From contig NMRA01000127.1 in assembly GCA_002633005.1 (NCBI GenBank), forward strand, positions 256,438-320,437: a stretch of 64,000 bases of DNA, written 5' to 3'. Shown here piece after piece: positions 1 to 13,464 of this stretch. A program made the translations under genes and the position numbers. The notes beneath the pieces are model-generated. The model did not search any database. It was not told where the DNA came from and was given only the letters and a program-made list of their open reading frames with translations. The DNA is from Phoronis australis (taxonomy: Eukaryota; Animalia; Phoronida). Positions within the stretch are counted from its first letter, which is position 1. Each line of letters opens with the position of its first letter.

Positions 1-53
1 CGGACGGACGGACGGACGGACGGACGGACGGACGGACGGACGGACGGACGGAC
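1..53. repeat. (GGAC)n microsatellite, truncated by the window start
   Basis: Perfect CGGA/GGAC tandem units over positions 1-53. Confidence 0.95.
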
Positions 54-1070
54 AGAGATGACGGCATAATGCGTCCACATATAAATATGTGGGCGCATAA
101 AAAATCAAGAGTCTTACACGAAGTCATGAAGACACCTTTAACTAAATAATGTTACTTGAATTTTGCAACATGTTTGCTATTTTAATTAACTAGAAACTTA
201 CTGCTCTGTCACCTGCATGAAAAACTATACCATACTCGGGTGTCACGTGTTCTTGCATTAGTCCCACCGCAATATTTCTGAACAGGTAATACCAGCACTG
301 ATATCCAATTAGTTCTTCCATGGAATTTTAGTACGCTCTCTTAATTGGAAGTAGCAGGCATTATTACTTAGAGTCGAGACCTGTTGATGACCGATACACA
401 ACTTTGGCCGGCTTCCAACCTGATTGCTTCATTAACACAACGCAGTCACCAGATAATGGTTTAATAGTTATAACATTCAACACACAAATCATTCGCATAG
501 TGAACTAGTATACAGAAACCCTTAGCTTGAAAACTTAAATCCTTCAAAACAGTCTGCACTTGCGCACGTATTGACTTTAATTCTACGCATACAGAGAGCA
601 ACGCAAAGCGTAGCATTGAAGCATAGCAAAAATGCAAATAGCAATACTCGAATCGTGCGCCACCCTGAGCATAGATTTGTGGGATACGAGCCCCTTATCC
701 AAACTACAGAAAGTGTAACACACGCGATCGCCAAGGTAAGCAGGTAGTCAAATTTGAATAATGCTACCTATAGCAAATTGACCTTTAGGCTGCTTAAAAT
801 GTTAGTAAAATGGTGATCTCGAAGCCTGCAGGTCTTTACGACTGCTGGCGGTGCTTCACGGGATGAGCTCCAGCCCACGTTTCTCACTATCAACAAAAGG
901 TCAATAGTCAACGACAGCTGGTACAGTCCATCCAAAGGCTTCCACCGAAATTCTCGTTAATTGTATTGTCTGTGATTACTTTTTGTAAATACATGTATGT
1001 CCACTTTAGTTCAATCATTGCCAAAGGTGAGTAGCAGACGATCGTGGCAAAACAGGGCTAAATCCGAACT

Positions 1071-1644
1071 CTCGCTGGTTCCCTGCGTGCCGCTAGGTGG
1101 GGCGGTAGCCGCGCCAGCACGCAGGTATCACTTAAATTTCCTCTGTAAATTTTTTTACACCGGCGTTTCTGATTGGCTAGTCGATTCGTCAACAGGCAGC
1201 GCTTTGCGCAAACAAACTTGCATGGCTGATGGACTGAAGTGTAAATGTGGTCTGTTGTACAGACAAACCGGTGCTTAAAATTATGTTCAGGAAATGTGAA
1301 GCCTAGAAATTGTGATTGAGCCTTTTCGGAATGCATCTTTCTACTGTCGATGACTTTTGTTTACGATAGTGTCCTTATACAGTATGAATAACACACCGTA
1401 ATATGTGTTTATTGTGCATGTATGTGCTTCAAGCACGCGGCTATTAAACATCACTGCACAAACGAAATAGTTGCTGCAACGCCACTTGCATGACAAGGCT
1501 AAAATCATTCACAGTCTGCCATTTTTTTCACGGTGTTGTAAAGCTAACCAATGACTGCCAAGATTACATCGACCAATGCTAAAGCGCGTGTCACTGCGTG
1601 ATACCTGCGTGCTGGCTGGGCTAAGCACGCAGGGAACCAGCGAG
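1071..1644 (+). mobile_element. Non-autonomous TIR DNA transposon (MITE, Mutator-like by TSD length), copy 1
   Basis: Perfect 20-bp TIRs CTCGCTGGTTCCCTGCGTGC / GCACGCAGGGAACCAGCGAG. Flanked by the direct repeat AATCCGAACT (1061-1070 and 1645-1654). An inverted second copy lies at 18918-20790. Confidence 0.9.
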
Positions 1645-2032
1645 AATCCGAACTTAGCGCTCTCACGAGAGAAGTAAGATGAGCGCGCGAATCCATCGCT
1701 AAGTGTCAGGACCGAAACATTTTCTTGTCAAGAGAAATTTTATGAAACTATGAAGCTGTAGAGCAGTCAAAAACAAAACAAAAATATTACTGAACACTGA
1801 AATTAGGAAGTGAAGAGCTAGGCAGGCAAAGTTTTCGTCTAGACAGGAACATGTCTGCCAAATTGCATGAAGGTCTTTCAAGAGTAGGACGTAGACAGAT
1901 GGACGTCGGATGCACGCCAGGACTGGCAGAGTTAACAACACGCGCCAGCACGTGAATACGGTGTACATAAAATGTGTCAAAATCAGTCCTTTATACCGAT
2001 GACATCATAGTGAGACGTTACTGATTACTCAC

Positions 2033-2176
2033 CATCAGCGTCCACCTCGTTTATCATATCCTGAAGTTCATTGTCGGTCGGATTTTGTCCAAGACTGCGC
2101 ATGACTGTCCCCAGTTCACTTGTGGTTATTGTTCCGTCTCCATTTTTGTCAAATAACGAAAACGCCTCTTTACAAT
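2033..2176 (-). CDS. Calmodulin-like protein, internal exon encoding EF-hand 1 and the start of EF-hand 2; downstream exons are off the left edge
   Basis: tgcAG|...|GTGAGT, 144 bp, phase 1/1, the size and phase of calmodulin exon 3. Translates (D)[47 protein letters not shown](G), about 6 substitutions from canonical CaM residues 11-59. Confidence 0.93.
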
Positions 2177-2523
2177 CTGCAAAGGATACCAAAAGTGTGT
2201 ATCAACTATTGCGTCTAGAAATGAAGCCATTTATTTTGCTCTGGAGGAAGTACACAAGTGACCTATATGTCACAATCACGATCTGTGTAGTTTCTGTGCT
2301 GCGAGATAAGATGAAATTGTTCATTTGTCCTTTGACTGTTCTTTCTTGAAAACTTTCTGGCAACAATATCGAAGTTTCTGTCATCCGTAGACAACTCTGT
2401 AAGCAAAATTGAGATGCTTTCACTGTAAAATTTGGATTTAGGGGGGAAAAAGCAAGTCACTTAATGTTATTTTACGTTTAGCAAAAAGACACATCTTCTC
2501 CAGCCGATTACGAAGCCAGATAC

Positions 2524-2561
2524 CTTCCATCGCAGTCTTGAAAATTGAATTGGCTTATTAT
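2524..2561 (-). CDS. Probable start-codon exon of the calmodulin-like gene (5'UTR plus ATG GAA G; coding 2524-2530)
   Basis: Acceptor ctttttTAG, donor AAG|GTATCT, strong context gcgATGG and in-frame TAATAA upstream. The phase-1 end joins the 144-bp exon to give M-E-D-C-K-E-A-F. Confidence 0.5.
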
Positions 2562-2854
2562 CTAAAAAAGCGTATATTTTCACAAAAAATGGATGCTTAG
2601 AATATTTTGAAAACGAATGGCAGATCTTTACAACCCTACTTTAGCACTATATTTAGTATATAATATAAGCAGATTTCGCGAGTGTGTGTGTTAAACGTAT
2701 GAATGTGCCTCAGTCAGCTCTAGATGTAATAGTTACAACTGGTGATACATATCTGTAAGGACTTGTTTTTGTTATGTAATCACTTACTTGGTTATCTAAT
2801 ACACTATGTAAAAAACTTATATGTCACAAAAAGACAAATAGTAAATGTATATTA

Positions 2855-3103
2855 CACGGCTTAGAATGACCAATGACAAAAAAGAGGAAATTTTTCCAGG
2901 TGATGTATCATTCCACAAGTGAAAAATAGGCTTGTGTGACAGAAATATTTTGTGTTGCAAATTCCAACTGAAAAAATGTTTTTGCATGAAAAAAGTCAAT
3001 ATAATGATAAAAAGAGACCAAAAAGTAAACTGGAAATAAAATAAGAGGAAATCCAGACCACAAACGAGGAAATCATCTTAAAAGAGGAAAATTCCAAGTC
3101 GTG
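2855..3103 (+). mobile_element. Short non-autonomous DNA element (CA...TG ends), copy 1
   Basis: Collinear with 62982-63223 (shared TTTTCCAGGTGAT-TATCATTCCACAA and AAAAGAGGAAAATTCCAAG). Ends CACGGCTT/AAGTCGTG; flanks ATATTA/ATAGTA. Confidence 0.8.
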
Positions 3104-6100
3104 ATAGTATTGCAGTCAAACAGGTCTCGTTAATTATCAATGCGATACTTGAAAGCATTCCATACAGCAATACAAGTTTTTAATAAAAATAAGGTATTTT
3201 TGCGATTACCCCTCATCGGAATGTCAAATACAAAGAAATGTTTCATTCCATGACATTCCATTTTCGAGTGATTGCCAGGTCCTGCTAGTCTGTTTTAATG
3301 AAAATACGTACTGCAGGTACTGTTTCGTATTGGTGCTTTTGATTACGTTATTGAACACACGGCTTCACTCAGACTTTCCCACTTTAATCGTGACTTTTTT
3401 ATACTGTCGCACTGTATGTCTATCGTCACGGTCCAGTTGCCGCAACAGTTGTCCCAAAGACATTATGACAACAAAACCGTGCAAATATGTTTTAGTAGAA
3501 TATATCCTCGTTTCAACATGAGTACTGTTAATTTTTTCACTAATTTGTGAACGAGGCCCAGAAACGAGAAACAACTCCGCTCCTAAATAACAAATAGTGT
3601 TAAGCTTCGAACTGTCCCTTATAAACAGGCCTTCGCTAAGTTGTTTTAAATTTAACTTTAAATAAACAATTATTGGTAGGTAGAATGCCATAAATTATAC
3701 GGTACTGAAACCATCTCAACTACAAATTCCCAGGCGGGTGTGTAACTTATAATAACATTCTAGAGCAATCGCTACAAAAAGTATTCTGCAAATACGAATG
3801 TTTTATTTCCTATTGACAGATTTATGATGTTAGACTACAGACCCACAAATTTATGGAAGGCGGTACACAAAGTGTCTTTCAAACCAAGTTGCGATGGCTC
3901 CATTGCCCATTAGCTGCGACTTGTTTTGAAAAAAATGCACTTCTTACCTCATAAAATTATATTAGAGAGAGATGAAAACTATAGTACATAATTCTTAGTA
4001 CGACGCAAGAAAGCAAACGAGCATCGAAGATATCACCAGGGTGGTCGACACTCTTATCACTTCAAGTCACGAAAGGTGTCATTGATTCAGATCTTACCAG
4101 AAAATATATCCCAAGAAATGTCGGCATTGGGAGATAGACGGCGCTACAAGTGCGGAATATTCCATCCCAATTCTTGAACCCACGCAGTGTCATAAACAGC
4201 TTTTGTTGTGATAAGACTTTAATGTTGTGTTTCCCTTATTTATTTCGTAATAGCACAAAACCTCTGCTCATAATGTAAAGTGGTTTTCCGTTCGTCAGTA
4301 TTTCTAGTTTAATCAGGATGAAGTTTGTAGCACGTGTCACCCCCACAGGTGAAACTGTGGAATCGCCCAAAAATAAACAGGACTGCAAGTCAAATTCCTT
4401 GTGCCAATATAGGACCAACGGTGACATTTAGCCACGCATTTAACCTGTTCGTGAGAGGTGAGTCATTTTGATTGTTTTTTTAATTGTTTTGACCGAACAG
4501 AATACGGAAAAGAGGTAAAACATTAGAGAGCTACACTTCTTGAACGCATTCAACTTCGTCTTCCTTTGCTGTAGACCGAGCGAGGGAGGGTCAATGTTTA
4601 CGTGCTAACAGGTGAACCGATCTAAACCATTCCAACAGAACCAATGTTTACAAGAATGATCACTGCCAGCTGCAGTGATGAAATTGTCTCTGCACAGACT
4701 GTGGTACCCTTCCACCTCTCGAATCTCCATGAACCTACACACCCCTCTCACTGCGCCGGCGTAAATCTAAACACCATAGAGCCGCTAATTGACCGGCAAG
4801 GTTAAACTTTGGTAAAACAATTTATGTTATTGTGGAATGAATAGAGCCAAAAAGACTGTAAAATAGTTTGACCGCCGAATCTTCCGATTAATGACGCCGT
4901 GGGCAGTCCCCTGTTGTAGCCTTCGACGAGAATGATGTACTCGGTGCAACTTTTGCACACAGATTTGTCTGGCGAAATAGAAGTAGGGGCTACAGAGTTA
5001 TCTCTGTGTCTTCGGGCAACTCTTGTGAAATATCCAAGAGATTATCAACGTTATGTGTTTGAACACTTGGAAGGATGGCGGATTCTTGTAAACCTACTTG
5101 ACGTAAACTAATACAAAGCAAATAAAACTCAAAACCACTTCACTAAGTCAGGCACATGAACGGGTTTTGTAAAGCGGCTGTATAAGAATCGAAGAAATCG
5201 CAGGCGGCGATTTACTATCGAGTTTGTCACGTTGGTCACGTGATGACACATGACAGAGCAGAATGAAGCAAACATGATTTAACGGCACGCAACTCGGCGA
5301 TAGCGAACTGCTTTCTTCGCCGGGGCAAATCTTTCACCTCCTTTAAGTCGGCTTCCCACCCGCTTCGAAGCGTTATCAACCTCCAAATGATGGCAACCAC
5401 GGTAAATTTAACCGAGTTTTAAACATTAGCCTATTCAAACCCCACTGCCAAATGTGATTTTCAATGCTAGTCATGATTCTCTACGTGGACAATTTACGAA
5501 ACAATAAAGCACATCCTGGGGATATTCACGTGTCTGGCTGTCACGTAAACACTGCAACAACAAAGCTTTATTGATAAAGAAAGCAATTTAACAAACGTCC
5601 AATCACACTAATAGGATACAAGAATGTCGTTCCGTTGCTCGCATATTGAAGCTTTATTGTGGGACTGCAGCGAAACGTTTGAACTGATGGGTGTTTAAAA
5701 ATAGACGCAAGACACACGACCCAAGAGAGTCATAAAAATTCTGAACGGTTCTTGTTCGCATTCTCGCATGGTTTCAAAATTTACAAATACATGACATATG
5801 TTTCCATTTCGTAACGTCTAGGAGTCGATAGTTTTTCAATTGCCAACATGTTCACAGATTTATTTTACTTGGTGAGAACGCACTAAATTCCATCAGGACA
5901 AAACAGAAAGACACCCTAGAGCCCAGATATTCCCTATGTTTACTTTTATGAAAAGATGAAGGATGGCGAAACAAGCGAAATTATTGATTTGTAAAAATCG
6001 GGCATCTTTCATTTAAAATTTAGCTAGTTTAAGTCGTCACTAACACCCAGTTTGACCACGATTATTCAGATAATCAAAACTGCATTTCCTATGGAAAACT

Positions 6101-9100
6101 TCAAAGTGACTGCTTTTCTGCATAAGAAATAACTAATTTGAGTTCCCGTTGGTTGGTAACTCAAAGTAGCAAATAAGAACACTATAGCAAATAACACGAT
6201 GTTGAGGTTTGTGCAAAAGATCCAGTGATTGGTGCACAATGATTCATGTGGGTGATTCGAGGCTCGAACGTGTAGTTGCCTCAGTGATACGCCGTTAAGC
6301 CGCAATCAGTAACAAAATTACTATGAGCGAAAGCTACCGAGATCACGTGCCTCGTCTATTGTACATGGCGATGTCTCCCGAAGACTTGCGTGACCTTGCC
6401 GAACTTGTTCCTGCCTGGTTGGTGAGCGGTCATGGAGCTCCTTTGAACAACGCTGGGAATCATAGCCGACCAAACGCGGTCAACTTAAATTAGGGCAGAC
6501 ACGTGGTTTGTTGAAAATTGTAAACATTCTCAAACGGATGTTTGTTGCTGCAGTTAGCGTTCAACCAAGTTCACGATTCACAGTATTTTTACTTAACTGC
6601 CCTGGGCTGAGAGAATACTATGAACACAGTGCCAGAGAAGTTAGTCTCCAGTTTGCGTAACACAACATAGCTAAACCTCTTAGGCTAAACCTCACTGGTG
6701 TAAACGTAATCCACTTTCACGAAGTGACACATTGAGAAAGGTTTTTAAATTTTTTGGCAATGTGTTTTTAAATATTACAAATTGGGAGAAAATGCTTTGT
6801 GACTTTTGTTAATTTCAAAAGTTTACAGCTATTTCTATATATTTTCAAATTTTGCGTAGCAGAAAAGTGTCAGCATATGTTGCCAAAAATAATTCAGGTA
6901 GTAAATTTTAATGACCATCAGGGGGCTCTGAAAACAAGAGCATGCGCCCACGACTGCCCCGCTGCAAGGGGCGTTTATTAGCATCACAAAATGGCAACTA
7001 CATTGCGCAGAATATCCGAAAGAAGTTGTCATCTGCCCCAAGTTCAAGTAGAAATACACTTGCCACATTTTACGATCCTGCAGTGGTTTACAGCAGCGGA
7101 CGCCCGGACGCCCAGGCAAAGGTGGCGGTATTATGCATTCAAATATGTATATAAAATGTGAACGCATAAAGATCACGGGAACTCTTGTCTAGCGTCTGAT
7201 CTGCTTCACATTAAATCAGACGACAGATTCCCCTTCTTACCTGAAAATCCTGCATTCTGACGACATGATTTCTGGTCAGGCGGTGATCACAAGTAATTGA
7301 TCAGGATATTGGCATTTTCCTCATTAATGTTGTGCTAATCGCATGTAAGACGACAGACAGGACGCATGTTATAAGAATCCGATTTGCATTTTCATCGGCG
7401 TCCCATCTGCCTTCGTACAAAAAAATTCATATCTGAACGCGGTGTAACATGTGGTTGGGTTGCTGAGTTCAGTAGTATCTTTCGGAACAAGATATTCGGG
7501 CACAAACGTGGGATGAAGTGCGAGTTCTACAAAAAACAGTCGTTATCGTGGGCACAAGGTAGTTGAATTCACCAGGAAGGAAAAATAAAAGAGAACTTTG
7601 CTACACGTTAAGAGCAAAATAAACGTGTGAGGTCGATATTCCTGATGCTTTCTGCCATAGTGGTTTCATGCATTTACGTCTTCAAGTCTTGTGACACGGA
7701 CGGTACAATGGGTGCGCAATTACAAAACGTGAGCTTTAATTGCCGATTTACCGTAAAACATTATTTAATTTGTGCAACTTTTATTTATTTATCAGGAGGT
7801 TAAGCCATCCATGAGATGGCAAAGCTTAGTGCACGTGAATGTTTGAAATATTCCCTTGTTTGTTCTGAGGCTCTAGTCGCGTTGGTGATTTTTCTCAGGA
7901 AAGCCACAGTAATCACGTGGTAATGGCTGAAATGGACCACCATGTATAAAAACAAACACAATTAAATTTAAATTTTGTGGATTGTTGCTTGACCTGTCCT
8001 GTACTTGTATGTGTTTCCCCAATATAGATGTGGTTTGATATGACTGCAGGTTGTCGCTGCCGGTGCTTGCTGTTTCTCTCCCGTAATGATCTCCATAAAG
8101 TTCGGTAACATTTCATGCCAAACATTACTCCCATTTGGTCATGCACTTCTGGCTACCGCAGTGGTGACTGGGTAAACCTGCTCCATTGCTCAACAACACA
8201 GAATCACGGAAATTGTTTAGGAAATTACAATTTTCCTGAGAATAACAAAACACAATACATGTGCTTTTGTTCTACGATAAACATTAGTGGATGAAAATGC
8301 TTACCGAAATAAAACCTTGACTTGTTCATCTGTCATAAACGCCAATCCTATTCGAACGCTTTTAATGAATGTTCTTCGTGGTTTATTCTCCACGTCCAAC
8401 ATACATGTAAGCAAACCCAGAGCGCCAAATCAACATAAACAGTCATCTTTCTTGTTGACAACAGCGCCACCACATAATTGGGCGTGCGTGTAGCCGAAAC
8501 AAAAATAGAAGACAACGCATAATACGCGAGCGTGAACCCGTTACCTCTGGTGACTCACAAGTTAGCGTTCGCGTTTACTTGTAGCCGAAGCTCTTCTCGA
8601 TCAAGAGGCGGGGCTCAGTTGCAAAACATACTTGACCCCAATGTTTATCTGAAGCAGAATCACTTCCGTTCGATACTGTCCGTTCAGAGCCCAAAATTCA
8701 TGATGCTCCGTTGTGTAATGGCTAGCGAAATGACGTCACAACTGCACGAGTGTAGATGTAGTTATACGTCATTGTTCGTCATTATGGAATTGGTGTTACG
8801 GGTTTTGAAAGAAGGCAGAATACCGACAAGATAATGCAAGCACGTGTAAAATTAATTAACATGTGTTCTGCAAGTTTGTGAAACATCTGGAAGTTCATGG
8901 TGGTCAAACAATCTGGGTTCTCCAGTCTGCAATAATACGCAGATGTAAGAAACTTGCAAAAATAACATGCAATACCACGCAAAATCCCGTTAAAGGTGAA
9001 CGTTTCGCGAGTGTGCTCGGTGCCTTACTTGTGCACCCTAGTAAGCGATTGGTCGGTGAGGTAGGACCATGTTGAAATGTGACATAGAATTCACTGTTTC

Positions 9101-9234
9101 CGGCCAATAAACGATGGTTTCTCATAGCAACAGCTTTTTTAGGGTCTTGTGTCAACGAAAGGTAACCCTGTGCCGGTAGACGTGAAACATTACAGACATG
9201 ACCATTCGAGGTATAACTAGTAATTGTAAACCCA

Positions 9235-9789
9235 AAAAACTATATATTTTTAAAATCCTTAGGAATCAGAGAATCTTATTTTGTGCATGAAAACAATGTC
9301 CAGAGGTTCGTTATCACGTGACTATATTTTTGTAAAAAAAATCACAATTTTTCACGGAGATTACCGTATTTTCCACAAATTGGCTTTTTTGCTCAACACT
9401 TGCAAAATCTGTTTCTTTGTTTTAATAGGTACAAAATAGTGTCTGGGATTTTCTTTTAAGGCCTTTGAGCCCGAGAAATCCGATGTCAAAAATCAAGACT
9501 TGCGTTTTTTTTTTTCAAAACTGTTATCTTGGTTTTTGACAGCGGATTTCAGGGGCTAATAGGCCTCCAAAGAAAATTCCAGACTTCGTTTTGTACCTAA
9601 TGGACAAAGAAACATAATTTGCAAGTTTCGAGCGAAAAAATAAGTTTATGGAAAATGGAGCTAATTCCGTAAAAAATGCGACTTTTAAGAAAAAAATCGC
9701 AGTCACGTGATCACGAATGTCCGAACATTGTTTTCATGCGCACAATAAGATTCTGTGACACTCAATGATTTTAAAAAATATATAGTTTT
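9235..9789. mobile_element. Foldback/long inverted-repeat element
   Basis: Arm 9235-9498 is an imperfect reverse complement of 9527-9789 (e.g. AAAACTATATATTTTTAAAATC vs GATTTTAAAAAATATATAGTTTT), with a loop of about 28 bp. Confidence 0.85.
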
Positions 9790-11906
9790 AATAGTTCAAA
9801 ATATTTTTAAAAAATCAAATTTTTGGTCACGAAGGTAGACCTACAGTTCTATACGTCAGTCGACTACAAGCCATTGTACCCGTTCTTTAGACGCAATACA
9901 CTGGAGAAAATTCAAGATCACGCAAATCTTAGCGAGATGTCACTATGCATTACCACCGAAGTACGTGATCCCACTTATATCTGTATTCGCGACATTCTTG
10001 CGTTCACAGAACTCTGGTCTGGTCTGTTGTAGGGTTCTAGTCGTCTACAGGACGATAGTGGACGTATTAGCTGGCGTCTGTTTTGTGTACTTGAGCATTG
10101 TGGGTGGACACTAATTTATACACTTGTGTTCTAAGTGTGAATAGGCGCATTACGCTCCAATTGAAGTTTTTGCAATAAATCAGACTTCTACAAAACACTG
10201 TTGTTTTCGTTGTGACACGTCTGCCAGCACTGTAGCAACTAACCAAGCATACGACCTTTGAAAAATACACCTATGAAAAAACGGACCTCCAACTGTGACC
10301 CTGGGGACTTTTACTCTTACCAATTTGCCGACTCACTCCATCAATAGTTATAACTCCCAATGCACACTAGAACTTCTATCAAAAACAACGGCGAGGTATT
10401 CACAGCAATCGCTCAGCGTATGAAAAAGTTACCTTTTTAAAATGTCGTGTAATTCAGATTCTAACTTTTGTTCCCTTTCACATGCATGAACCTCATCAAA
10501 AAATCTCTTGACAGGTCGCAATCCACCCAAAAATTGTCACTAATGAAACCAAGTAGATTAGTCCGCGACAGTTTCCACCGTACGGTGAACACACGCTTGA
10601 GGAGTGCGTCAGCAATCAACCAAAACTTTCTCCATAATAGTCTTCCTGAAGCGAAATGCCATTCCGAAAGTATGGTTTTACATAAATTTTCGACGATACA
10701 TCAATACTATACGCACGACTTAGTGTTTAATTGAAATGTCAAACGACTTTAAGGCGAAGTATGATATTTACAAATAAGTCGGCTTTAATTAAATTGATTA
10801 CTGGAACATGCATCGTGCAGCGGTCAATGACGCCACGGCATTAGGGGGAAGTCGTTAACTTTCTCCAAATGCTGGTGGCAATAGCCAAAAGTTGTGTAAT
10901 CAGAAAAAGATATTCAAAGCATTCCTTTCGTTAGAAACTCTGGAAAGCAAATCGGTATTTCCAGGAAAAACACTTTTATGATGGTGTGATTATGACCAAC
11001 TAAATTTAGGTTGAAACTATTGTGAGCATGCATCCTTACACTTTACGCGTTTCGATATATTTGTCGCTTTGTCTATGACACTGGATTTCAGAGTGTCTAA
11101 CCATAGAAAGTTGTCTCGCTCAAAATATGCGTACATTCCACAAACTGTCTCTTATAAATAATCATTCATATCAACGCTTTGAAAAGCTGTGCAAAAATTA
11201 AATGTTGGTGAAACCCTTATGAGTTGGTTCATCTAGTTTAAGCTGTAACTGGATTTCACTTTCCTTTACATAATTTTACTGAGAAATACCTTCTCAATAG
11301 GTTTGTTGCGAGATAAGAGCCAAGGTGGATTTTTCTTCCACTTTCCTTGACGTCATGGTTCTAACCTGCTACTGCTAAGCCTATATTCGCGTAAGGTTTG
11401 AAAGACGTCGTGCTGATTTAGCACGTGCAAGGACCTTAGAATTTATGTAACGAGATGGCGATACTGCCCCCACTTTCCCCGCTCAGTTGGAAACAAGTGG
11501 TCTATTTCTGAGCTTGTGATTTGGTTGGAAAGGTTGAATACTGCGCCACTTCTTGTTCAATAATTGGTGAAAAAAACTGCTTTTTATGTCCTTTTCTTCC
11601 TAGCCAACCTTTAATGCAACTATGTTACATTACTTGACCATAAAATACATTTTTCCGAAAACTTGAAATGACTTTTCAAGTATCACATGCTTGAGCATAC
11701 AAATCAAACACACAGTGTCACAAAACCTGAATTTGCCCACCTGACATGGTCACACGATGAACAGACTGGAGCTACAGGGCATTGCCTCATACTCTTTGCT
11801 AAGTGATGTCAGGTTTGTTTAACTTGAACAGCTATAGACCTACCTGCCACTTGCTCTTTACTCAGCTCCCCGCTTGGAGAAGTCTACAAATAATTGTAAT
11901 AATAGT

Positions 11907-12125
11907 AACTATAAACGATGACGCTAGCTTTAGAGTAACGATGACGCTAGTAGTATGGTAACCATGGCTAATGGTATAGTAACATTAACGACAGCATCAC
12001 AGTAACTTAAATGGTGACGCTAGAAATTATTACGCTAATATTATATTGACGACGATATGATGTTTGTTTTAGGATAACCATGACATATATAGTAACGGTG
12101 ACACTAGTATGATAGTAACGAAAGT
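11907..12125. repeat. Degenerate minisatellite, unit about 21-24 bp
   Basis: Recurring AAC(G/C)ATGACGCTAG...AGT units, e.g. AACGATGACGCTAG twice in tandem near 11914 and 11937. Confidence 0.6.
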
Positions 12126-12337
12126 ATAATGGTTTCTTCATTTCCGAACACTCGGAGGTACTTGAAATTCATAGTTTCCTCGCAATACGAACAACGCTCG
12201 ATCCACAGTGCTAACGTTTCTTAATTTACGAATTTCATCCACTTTCCGAAAATACATGTAATTTATTTTGTTCGGATAAAATTAAACTTTACCGTAACTA
12301 TGAATGATGACATTCAAGCTTTTTAGTAGTATGGAAA

Positions 12338-12974
12338 CCCCGGGAGGGTCGGCTTTCCTTTGGAAGGGGTGAACAGGTATGTGCACGCAGCTCGGATGAG
12401 TATTTTTGCCCTCTCAGGTATTGTCTCGGGAGGGTCATTTAGCTTGAGATAATGTATCAAGTAGGCGTCTAGAATACTTCCAGTTGTTGTTTCGGGTGTG
12501 CAAAAAGAATGAAATCGTCCTGTCAATATTTTTGACCGAAAACTTGTCACCATAAAATAAATCTTCTGAACACCAACCACGAACTCAATCGCAAACGCCA
12601 GACGTTTTTCCGTCTGAAAAAATAACTCCTTCCGTAAAGAGCACTCCGTGTTACGTCGTCGCTTCCCGCGTGGAGTTGCGCAACAAATCAGATGTAAAGC
12701 CGTGTCGCCACTACGCTCTCGGGCCTCGGACACCAAAGTAACGCTTCACGCGACTTATTGTCCACCGAAATCAGTACTATTTACGGGGTGTAGACACCGA
12801 ATGATATTCGCAAAGTTGGTATTGTCCCGGCTAGGTATTTTAGTCTTAGGTGTCTCACATTGCTTCGAGTGGGTATTTTGTCGTCTGCCAAGGTATTGCG
12901 TTGGACTGGATTTTGACGTCTCAGCAGCACACCCCAACCCATTTTTGGGGAAAACCAGGACAAGATTCCCCCAG
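12338..12974. mobile_element. Putative non-autonomous DNA element with C/G-run termini
   Basis: Begins CCCCGGGAGGG...GGTATGTGCACGC and ends GCAGCACACCCC...CCCCCAG, with loose subterminal symmetry. The overlapping ORFs have no recognisable domain. Confidence 0.45.
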
Positions 12975-13026
12975 TTTGAATGAAAGACAGTGATGGATGA
13001 CTGGTGGTCATAACGACGGAGTTTGT

Positions 13027-13464
13027 CCTGTGGCCGGTTGCATGAAACAGTCTCTATTAGGTACTCAACTAAGTTCCCTGAATGTTTTGCATATTTGTTT
13101 CGTTCACAACTCGTATATGTACTGTTTTCCTATCATTTTACATTTGTTATGAGCTCCTCTTTAACTAATGACATTTTCTAATAATATAACCAAAAACTGA
13201 GCCCTTAATTCAATCATAACAATAAGGGACGTAATCCTTAAATTGGGGGCGTTGCATGAAAAGATCCCTACTTATTTTCAATAATACAGAGAATTCGAAG
13301 TTGAGTACACTCTCCATTTGTATCAAAGCCAAAAATTGGCCTAGTAATGATACTCAAACATCAGAAGAAGCAAACAGTGTTTTCACAAGCCCACAAATAC
13401 ACAGTAGATTTAGGGAACTTGGTTGAGTCCCTATTTGGGACTGTTTCATGCAACCGGGCACAGG
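13027..13464. mobile_element. MITE, PIF/Harbinger-like
   Basis: About 55-bp imperfect TIRs: CCTGTGGCCGGTTGCATGAAACAGTC...CTCAACTAAGTTCCCT vs AGGGAACTTGGTTGAG...GACTGTTTCATGCAACCGGGCACAGG. CTG/CAG at the ends resembles a CWG target. Confidence 0.85.

Noticed and set aside
2263-2396. Extra CaM-like exon after a good acceptor (ttgcttacAG), reading ELSTDDRNFDIVARKF...
   Set aside because: It runs to a stop, and only weak phase-1 donors (GTGATT, GTGACA, GTCAAA) are available. It cannot be supported without RNA data.
11907-12125. CRISPR-like repeat/spacer pattern
   Set aside because: The units are degenerate and adjacent with no unique spacers, in a eukaryotic context. It is a minisatellite.
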